Position numbers and translations under genes: made by a program
Shown: in pieces, positions 57,938 through 64,000 of the stretch
How positions within the stretch are numbered: the first letter of the stretch is position 1
Layout: each line of letters starts with the position of its first letter
The notes under the pieces: model-generated
What the model saw: the letters and a program-made list of their open reading frames with translations, nothing else
Told to the model about the DNA's origin: nothing
Database searches by the model: none
From: an uncultured virus (IMG/VR IMGVR_UViG_3300047561_001544)
Taxonomy: Duplodnaviria > Heunggongvirae > Uroviricota > Caudoviricetes
Length of the DNA stretch: 64,000 nt
IMG/VR virus record: IMGVR_UViG_3300047561_001544
Reading direction: 5' to 3' (one strand)

Positions 57938-58339
57938 ATGAAAATCCGAATCAATAACATCGGTGCAGAGAAAGTTGCATACATTGGTAAGCCTCCCAAA
58001 GATGCTGATCTGGAGATCTCCATTGTCAAGTATCATCCAAACAGATACTATGGAGAGCTAGAGCCTTATATACAAGGTGGTTGGATAGATTGTGGCAGCT
58101 ACATTGAGTCCCAAGTTCTAGGGACTATTCACAAAAATTGCTTCGATAGTCCAGAGACAAATTATGTCATAGCATCTTTAAAGTACAACAAGAAGGAAGA
58201 TTACACTGAGTTGACTTCAGTTGCTGATAGGTTACTATACATTGAGAATGAAGACAAAGAGAACTTCTGGGAGGTTTATAGGTTAGCTGATAAAGAGATG
58301 ATGAAAAAATTTAGTAATGAACAAGAAGATTCCATATGA
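57938..58339 (+). CDS. hypothetical protein
   Basis: ORF behind TTGACA-17-TAGACT. Confidence 0.65.
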   Translation: MKIRINNIGAEKVAYIGKPPKDADLEISIVKYHPNRYYGELEPYIQGGWIDCGSYIESQVLGTIHKNCFDSPETNYVIASLKYNKKEDYTELTSVADRLLYIENEDKENFWEVYRLADKEMMKKFSNEQEDSI

Positions 58340-58808
58340 TTTAAGTTCAGAAGAAATTGATGAACTAAGAAAAAGAAAAAAAGAAATAAGTGATTTTGTT
58401 TTTGAACAATTTAAATTAAATAAAATGAAAAGAGAAATAAAATTTAGAGTCTGGGACAAAAAGAATAAAGGCTTTTGTCATAAGGTTCATGAAAATTTCG
58501 ATTTGATTTATGCTGATGACATATGGTATATTCTAGGTGGAAAAGCTCTAGATAATAATTTTGTAATGCAGGAATACATTGGACTAAAAGATAAGAATGG
58601 CAAAGAGATCTATGAGGGTGACCTTATTAATTTCTTTTGTGACTATACTATGGATCTTGGTGATAGGGATGTAATTGAATACAAAAATCAAGAAGTTTAT
58701 TATGATGAGAGACTTGCTGGATTCTATTTTGGTAAAGATGGATTCCAAATGCTTGATAAAATCATGCCTGAGACTTTAGAGGTTGTTGGTAGCAATAATG
58801 AATTTTAA
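58317..58808 (+). CDS. YopX family protein
   Basis: REIKFRVWD...GLKDKNGKEIYEGD...EVVG. Confidence 0.88.
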   Translation: MNKKIPYDLSSEEIDELRKRKKEISDFVFEQFKLNKMKREIKFRVWDKKNKGFCHKVHENFDLIYADDIWYILGGKALDNNFVMQEYIGLKDKNGKEIYEGDLINFFCDYTMDLGDRDVIEYKNQEVYYDERLAGFYFGKDGFQMLDKIMPETLEVVGSNNEF

Positions 58809-59079
58809 AGACATTCATAATAGACAGATAAACAAGGGCGATAAGGTTCTGGTTTATATTCAGAAATATGCGCGCGCGCACGTTGGCGAGAATGTTTATG
58901 AAGTCGATGCGTCGAAACCATATCCAGTAGCCGATGTGCCAATGGCGCGTGGGCGCGTAGAGTGGGACAAAGATTTTAATAGTTTTGTTGTGCGTTATGA
59001 TTGGACTTGTGACTCTTGGAAACATAAATCCGCCTCTCAAATGGAGGGCGGTAATTATGCTTACGAAATTATTGATTAA
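58798..59079 (+). CDS. hypothetical protein
   Basis: FKDIHNRQINKGDKV. Confidence 0.6.
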   Translation: MNFKDIHNRQINKGDKVLVYIQKYARAHVGENVYEVDASKPYPVADVPMARGRVEWDKDFNSFVVRYDWTCDSWKHKSASQMEGGNYAYEIID

Positions 59080-59086
59080 ATTTTAA

Positions 59087-59326
59087 ATGCGATACAGAAT
59101 TAAACAAGTAGAAAAGTACGGAGAAAAATACTTCTATCCTCAGTATAAGAAGTTTCTTTTTTGGAGAAGGTTTGTCTGGTGGGGGGGAGAAGATGGATAT
59201 ACACCTAAAACAGTTTGGTACAAATATAAGGAAGAAGCTCTTGAGGCAATTGAAAAAGATAAAATAGAGCGAAGAGAGGAATCTCTTGAAGTTCCTAAAA
59301 AAACTATATATCATTACGTAGATTAA
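59087..59326 (+). CDS. hypothetical protein
   Basis: YRIK...FYPQYKKFLFW. Confidence 0.6.
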   Translation: MRYRIKQVEKYGEKYFYPQYKKFLFWRRFVWWGGEDGYTPKTVWYKYKEEALEAIEKDKIERREESLEVPKKTIYHYVD

Positions 59327-59345
59327 TAATATAAAAATTAACAAT

Positions 59346-59567
59346 ATGAAAATTGAAATTACAGACGATAGCGTAGATGAAATCATTTTGAATGGATTAA
59401 AAGAACAGAGGGATTTTATGTCTTCAGATTTAAAAAAATTAAAAAAGATTAAAAATCCAAAGCGTTACGTTCAAGAGGATATTGTATATCATACCAACTG
59501 CTTGCAGGCTTTAAAGACGGTAATCGCGCACTATAGTCCAAGCAGCAAGGTTCTGGGGGATTATTAA
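59346..59567 (+). CDS. hypothetical protein
   Basis: 73-aa ORF. Confidence 0.6.
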   Translation: MKIEITDDSVDEIILNGLKEQRDFMSSDLKKLKKIKNPKRYVQEDIVYHTNCLQALKTVIAHYSPSSKVLGDY

Positions 59568-59828
59568 ATGAAATATAAATTTGTAGAAACACAGGGCTGC
59601 CTATCTTCTGGCTTCACTATTAATGATGAAGAAATACAGGATGTGCCCAGAGAAAAACAAAAAGAAATTGTAGATTATCTTTGCGAACAGATCAAAGACG
59701 GTTTCGCTAATGGAAGCATCTCCGTGCTAGATATCGTAAAGACATTCGAAGTGCATTACAATGGAATAGAAAAAAATCGTTGCGAGACATGCGGCGACAG
59801 AGTATCTTGGGAGATTTGGGAGCTATGA
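59568..59828 (+). CDS. hypothetical protein
   Basis: GC...; CETCGD. Confidence 0.6.
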   Translation: MKYKFVETQGCLSSGFTINDEEIQDVPREKQKEIVDYLCEQIKDGFANGSISVLDIVKTFEVHYNGIEKNRCETCGDRVSWEIWEL

Positions 59829-60181
59829 AAGAAGATATTAATGAATTAAAAACGCTTTTAAAAGTCATGGAGCAAGCTAAACACGCCACCTTGCAGCGCG
59901 AAGGTTTTGCCGTGGAAGAGCGTGATAAGGCGAGAGAGCTTTTCCAAACCGCGATGGAACTTGCCAAAAAATATAAAGACGAGCGAGACGATGCAAGGCT
60001 TGAATGGGATCATTGTCTGAATCTAGCAAATAAACTTTTAAAAGAGCGTGACGAATACAAAATCGGACATGATCGTTACGAAAAATTGCGCCGATTAAAT
60101 TTGCAACAAATTAAAGAGTTGTATTTAAGAAATTTGCGAACTGCAGAACATTTTGATACGCTTGTAGATAAGTTAAATTGA
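59825..60181 (+). CDS. hypothetical coiled-coil protein
   Basis: Repeated ERD motifs. Confidence 0.6.
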   Translation: MKEDINELKTLLKVMEQAKHATLQREGFAVEERDKARELFQTAMELAKKYKDERDDARLEWDHCLNLANKLLKERDEYKIGHDRYEKLRRLNLQQIKELYLRNLRTAEHFDTLVDKLN

Positions 60182-60576
60182 ATAAAGTAATTACAGTTGA
60201 TTTTGACGAAACCTTAGCTGTTAATTCATCAACAGCTTGGGGAGGAACTATGCTTGTTCCTGTAGAGCGTATTGTCAAATTTATTAAATCAAAAATTGAT
60301 TCTGGATTTCATGTTTATGTTGTTACCTTCCGTAATTGGAATAATAAAAAAGAAATTATTGACTTTTGCAAAGCATATGATATTAAAATTAAAGATGTTA
60401 TTTGCACAGAAGGAAAGACTAAAACAGAATTTATAAAACGGCTAAATAGTTCTTTGCATATTGATGATCATGTTGAAACTTGCACACTATTAACTATGGC
60501 TGGGATTGAAGTTCTGCTTGTGGATTGGGATCAAGAAAAAAATAATTTAATGGCACAACATTTTAATAAAATATGA
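60178..60576 (+). CDS. HAD-superfamily protein
   Basis: VDFDETL, VVTFR, K, HIDD. Confidence 0.8.
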   Translation: MNKVITVDFDETLAVNSSTAWGGTMLVPVERIVKFIKSKIDSGFHVYVVTFRNWNNKKEIIDFCKAYDIKIKDVICTEGKTKTEFIKRLNSSLHIDDHVETCTLLTMAGIEVLLVDWDQEKNNLMAQHFNKI

Positions 60577-60755
60577 TAACTGATAAACAAAGATTAGATT
60601 GGTTACAACAAGGGCATGAGATTATAGCTCTTATATCTAAAGATGGAAAAAGCACTGTGTTCACAAGCAATTTTGTAGAACAAGATTGGGCCGAGTTTGA
60701 AAGCGTTAGAGACGCTATTGATTTTGGAATTAATTACAATAAAAAATTGCTATGA
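60573..60755 (+). CDS. hypothetical protein
   Basis: DKQRLDWL...RDAID. Confidence 0.6.
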   Translation: MITDKQRLDWLQQGHEIIALISKDGKSTVFTSNFVEQDWAEFESVRDAIDFGINYNKKLL

Positions 60756-61076
60756 ATAACGATATACAAGCCGAGATTGAACGCCTACACGATCTACTCA
60801 AAACACAAGAAGAATCTATGAGCGTTCTTCTTTCTAATTATGAGCATTTAAAAGCGCGCGTTGTGGAGATCGAACAATTCTTGCACAGAAAAACAAAAAC
60901 TTCTCGTTGTTGTTAATGAATTATTACTCTGAAACCATATTCAATATCGTCTGGAATCTAGAGAATATTCTTAAAAAAGATCCTGACTATACTATTAGTC
61001 CAAATGACGTAGAGATGCTTGACAAGGCGTCAAAAATAATACATAATGTTATTAAGCAATTAAAAGAAAGAAATTC

Positions 61077-61511
61077 ATGAAAGAAGAACTCGAAATCCAA
61101 CTAGTAAGTAAGTATCCAGACATTCTGCGCGATTATAAGGGCGACAAAATGGTAACCTGTATGCATTGGGGTATGGAATGTCAAGAGGGTTGGTATGACC
61201 TTCTTGATAGACTAATGAATAAATTAAACTTTATTTCTAAAAGACTGGGTATTCAAGTCATAGCCAATCAAATCAAGGAAAAGTTTGGTACTCTTCGTTT
61301 CTATTATACAGTTATTATTAAAGATGAGAAGGCTGTTGACGATACAACTTTTGATATTGTTAGCGATATTGTTTCGTCGGCAGAGAGGCAATCAGAAAAT
61401 ACTTGTGAGTCGTGCGGCAAGCATGGTGAGCTATGCACAAACGGTGGGTGGCTTAAAACGTGCTGCCCAGAGTGTGCGACTGAAAAAGGATATACTCCTA
61501 CTGATGCATAG
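61077..61511 (+). CDS. conserved phage hypothetical protein
   Basis: EC.EGW, QIKEKFGTLRFY, CESCG..G, GWLKTCC. Confidence 0.75.
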   Translation: MKEELEIQLVSKYPDILRDYKGDKMVTCMHWGMECQEGWYDLLDRLMNKLNFISKRLGIQVIANQIKEKFGTLRFYYTVIIKDEKAVDDTTFDIVSDIVSSAERQSENTCESCGKHGELCTNGGWLKTCCPECATEKGYTPTDA

Positions 61512-61586
61512 ATTTTTTAATTAGCCACAATAAAAAATTACTAAAATATATTGAATATAACTTTATTTTATAATAATATATAATAT

Positions 61587-62444
61587 ATGTATATACTAAT
61601 TTTAGGTAAAGGGTTTATTGGAACCAGTATTTCCAAATATTTTAAACGTAATAATATTGAGCATAAGATTTACTCTCAATCTGAATTAGATTATACTAAT
61701 ACAAATATTTTTGAAGAGTATCTTAAAAATAATAATCAAAATATTAGATGGGTTATTAATTGCTCAGGTTATACTGGAGTACCAAACGTAGACGCATGTG
61801 AAGACACCAAAGAGCTTTGCTATGCTTACAATGTTATTTATCCTATGCAGGTTGTTAGAACTTGCCATAATCTAGATGTACCAATAATACATATTGGTTC
61901 TGGATGTATTTATTCTGGCTACGATAAAGATTATAATGAAAATGACACGCCAAATTTTGGTATTTACTCTAACGAGTCTTCATACTACTCAAAGTGCAAA
62001 CATATTTTTGAGACGTTTGCTAAAGATTTTAATTGTTATATTTTTAGAATTAGGATTCCTTTTACAGAAACTCTAACAAGAAAAAATTATTTTAGTAAAA
62101 TACTGGCGTATGACTCTCTTATTAACGAACTTAATTCAGTAACCTCTGTTAATGATTTTAATAATTTTATAGTGAGGTTTATGGCAGTTAAACCAAAATA
62201 TGGTATTTATAATGTTGTTAATCCACAACCTATTAAAGCAGAAGATGTTGTTAGTTTGCTTGAACTTCATGGTTTAAAAAATCCAAACTGGAAATTCATA
62301 AAGCTTAAAGACCTTAATACAAAGGCTAACAGATCGAATTGCGTATTATCAACAGATAAAATAAATAATCTTGGTTTGCAACTTCCTAATACAAACGACT
62401 CATTAGTTAGGGATATGGTTGCTTTAGCACGTTCACAGGATTAG
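61587..62444 (+). CDS. dTDP-4-dehydrorhamnose reductase-like NDP-sugar reductase
   Basis: LGKGFIG, GYTG.PNVDACE, SGCIY, YSKCK, RSNC. Confidence 0.85.
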   Translation: MYILILGKGFIGTSISKYFKRNNIEHKIYSQSELDYTNTNIFEEYLKNNNQNIRWVINCSGYTGVPNVDACEDTKELCYAYNVIYPMQVVRTCHNLDVPIIHIGSGCIYSGYDKDYNENDTPNFGIYSNESSYYSKCKHIFETFAKDFNCYIFRIRIPFTETLTRKNYFSKILAYDSLINELNSVTSVNDFNNFIVRFMAVKPKYGIYNVVNPQPIKAEDVVSLLELHGLKNPNWKFIKLKDLNTKANRSNCVLSTDKINNLGLQLPNTNDSLVRDMVALARSQD

Positions 62445-62535
62445 AGTTTAAGACTTATCTATATTAAAAAAATTGTTCAATAATAAATTGTAAAAAAACT
62501 CTTGTAAACTGTAAAAATACTGGTATATTGACAAT

Positions 62536-63474
62536 ATGAACTACTTCGATGAAATGGTGGGTCAAGAAAAGACTAAAAACATTTTGGGCTTTTACATTGA
62601 CGCTTTTGAAAAAACTGAACTCCTACCCAACTTGTTTATTGTTGGTCAACGCGGACAGGGTAAAACAATGCTTGCAACTCAGGTTGCCAAGAATTTGCGC
62701 TCTACAAGTTTGGGGCGTGTTAAGCCGATGCTCACAATCAACTGTTCCACGTTGAAAAACGTGCGCCAATTTATTGAAGACATTGTGCTTCATTATGTGC
62801 GCGATCAACACATCACGCTTTTCTTTGACGAGGCTCACGAAATGCCAACCCAGGTTCAAACCTGCCTGTTGACAGTCTTGAACCCGAATAAAAACAACAT
62901 GAATACTCTTCGTTTCGAAGATTACCATATTGAATTTGATTTCAAGAAGGTTAGTTTTATCTTTGCGACGACTGATCCTCAAAAAGTTATCACTCCTCTC
63001 AAAGATCGTTGCAAAATGATCCACATGGAAGAGTATAAGTATCAAGACCTTGCTAAGATTATTGAAGATAATAGCGAGGACGTTACTTACTGCCCCGAAA
63101 CGCTTGAAGATATTGCGAGTGTTTGCCGTGGTAATGCGCGTAACGCTACCCTCATGGCTAAAGATAATATTATTCAGTATGCGCGCCGACATGGCGTGAC
63201 TGATATTGATAAGGCTATTTGGGGAAAAATCAAAGATATTCTTGGAATTTTGCCGCTGGGTGTCGAAAATACCGAGTTACAGATTCTAAAAGTTCTCAAG
63301 GACAAGTATATTTGTTCGCTCACAAATTTGAGTGCGGTTACTGGTCTTTCGACAAACGCAATCCGTGCAGAGTTTGAATTGTATCCGCTCAAGCATAGTC
63401 TTATGGAAGTGGCACAGGGTGGTCGCCGTTTGACACCTAAAGGCCGCGAGTATCTTGAAAAGATTGGCGAATAA
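62536..63474 (+). CDS. ruvB: RuvB-like Holliday junction branch-migration ATPase
   Basis: F...VGQ, GQGKT, FFDEAH, ATT...PLKDR, RGNAR.A, GR..T.KG C-terminal wHTH. Confidence 0.85.
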   Translation: MNYFDEMVGQEKTKNILGFYIDAFEKTELLPNLFIVGQRGQGKTMLATQVAKNLRSTSLGRVKPMLTINCSTLKNVRQFIEDIVLHYVRDQHITLFFDEAHEMPTQVQTCLLTVLNPNKNNMNTLRFEDYHIEFDFKKVSFIFATTDPQKVITPLKDRCKMIHMEEYKYQDLAKIIEDNSEDVTYCPETLEDIASVCRGNARNATLMAKDNIIQYARRHGVTDIDKAIWGKIKDILGILPLGVENTELQILKVLKDKYICSLTNLSAVTGLSTNAIRAEFELYPLKHSLMEVAQGGRRLTPKGREYLEKIGE

Positions 63475-63525
63475 ATAATAGAAATAGCTATTGACAAACT
63501 ATCAAAATACATATATACTTTATAA

Positions 63526-64000
63526 ATGATGAAAACTGAAAATAATATAAAGCTGGTTCCAATCAATAACCTTCAACGTGGGGATAAATTTCAAATCCCT
63601 TCTGTTAAGGACACAATGCGCGACTTGACCTTTATCTCTTCTACGGATACGAGTACGCTTATCGAGGGTCAGAAGCGCGACACTATTAATGATAACTGGA
63701 AAGGTTTCCGATTCCATGTTTCTAATGGAGTCATGGTTCAACTTGTTGACAAGTTTGAAGAAAATTTTATGGAAAACACAAACACTGCGACTGCTACGGC
63801 AGAGCAAAATACAGGAGAGGCTTCCGCGCCCAAGCGCAGGGGTCGCCCCTCCAAGGCAAAGCTCGCCTTCAATCAACTCAAGGGGGTTGCTGGTGAGTTC
63901 ACGGTTAGGGACGTTGTCGAGAGCAACGATATCAAGGAGTACGAGGTTCACAATTTGATCCGCAGCGCGGTTCAGAGTGGGAAGGTTCGTGTGGTCAAGG
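63526..64000 (+). CDS. AT-hook-containing protein, truncated by window edge
   Basis: Not in ORF track. Open frame MMKTENNIKL...APKRRGRPSK...; TTGACA-17-TATACT 6 nt upstream. Confidence 0.75.
   Translation, partial: MMKTENNIKLVPINNLQRGDKFQIPSVKDTMRDLTFISSTDTSTLIEGQKRDTINDNWKGFRFHVSNGVMVQLVDKFEENFMENTNTATATAEQNTGEASAPKRRGRPSKAKLAFNQLKGVAGEFTVRDVVESNDIKEYEVHNLIRSAVQSGKVRVVK

Noticed and set aside
62549..63958. Alternative ORFs 62549(+), 62623(-), 63174(-), 63520(-), 63689(+)
   Set aside because: They overlap ruvB or the promoter-backed frame starting at 63526
1..64000. CRISPR array or cas operon
   Set aside because: No regularly spaced repeats seen; the nuclease at 25748 sits in the replication operon and is better called RecB-like than Cas4
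1..64000. Stop-codon reassignment
   Set aside because: Conserved genes are full length in code 11, and TAG/TGA end genes at sensible positions (e.g. 26737, 33936, 62444)

Overview
AT-rich, densely coded 64 kb segment of a large tailed dsDNA phage genome using the standard genetic code; the host is probably a Verrucomicrobia-like diderm (inference from an outer-membrane beta-barrel gene). No capsid or tail genes are recognisable here. It holds (i) replication and nucleotide-metabolism genes (class II RNR NrdJ, RecA, DnaB, primase, three-gene split DnaE, dNMP kinase, dCMP deaminase, ThyX, GMP reductase, MazG-like, RuvB); (ii) about 20 glycosyltransferase, methyltransferase and sugar-nucleotide genes; (iii) a sigma factor and two recurrent promoter classes (sigma70-like promoters predicting leaderless mRNAs, and a GTGTAA motif); (iv) an RNA-gene region with 12 tRNA or tRNA-like genes, a tRNA remnant, a tmRNA with a 33-codon tag, three homing-type endonucleases whose stop codons lie in tRNA genes, and a ~200-nt structured RNA I cannot assign; (v) many small hypothetical genes. 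The most striking element is a tRNA-Arg(UCU)-like gene (51907-51983) with no D-arm at the normal position; the D-stem 5' strand and D-loop appear instead 3' of the anticodon arm. Other odd tRNAs are Ser with an A34 anticodon, Ile(UAU) and a Leu with a short variable arm. All calls come from reading the sequence and recognising motifs; no searches were run.
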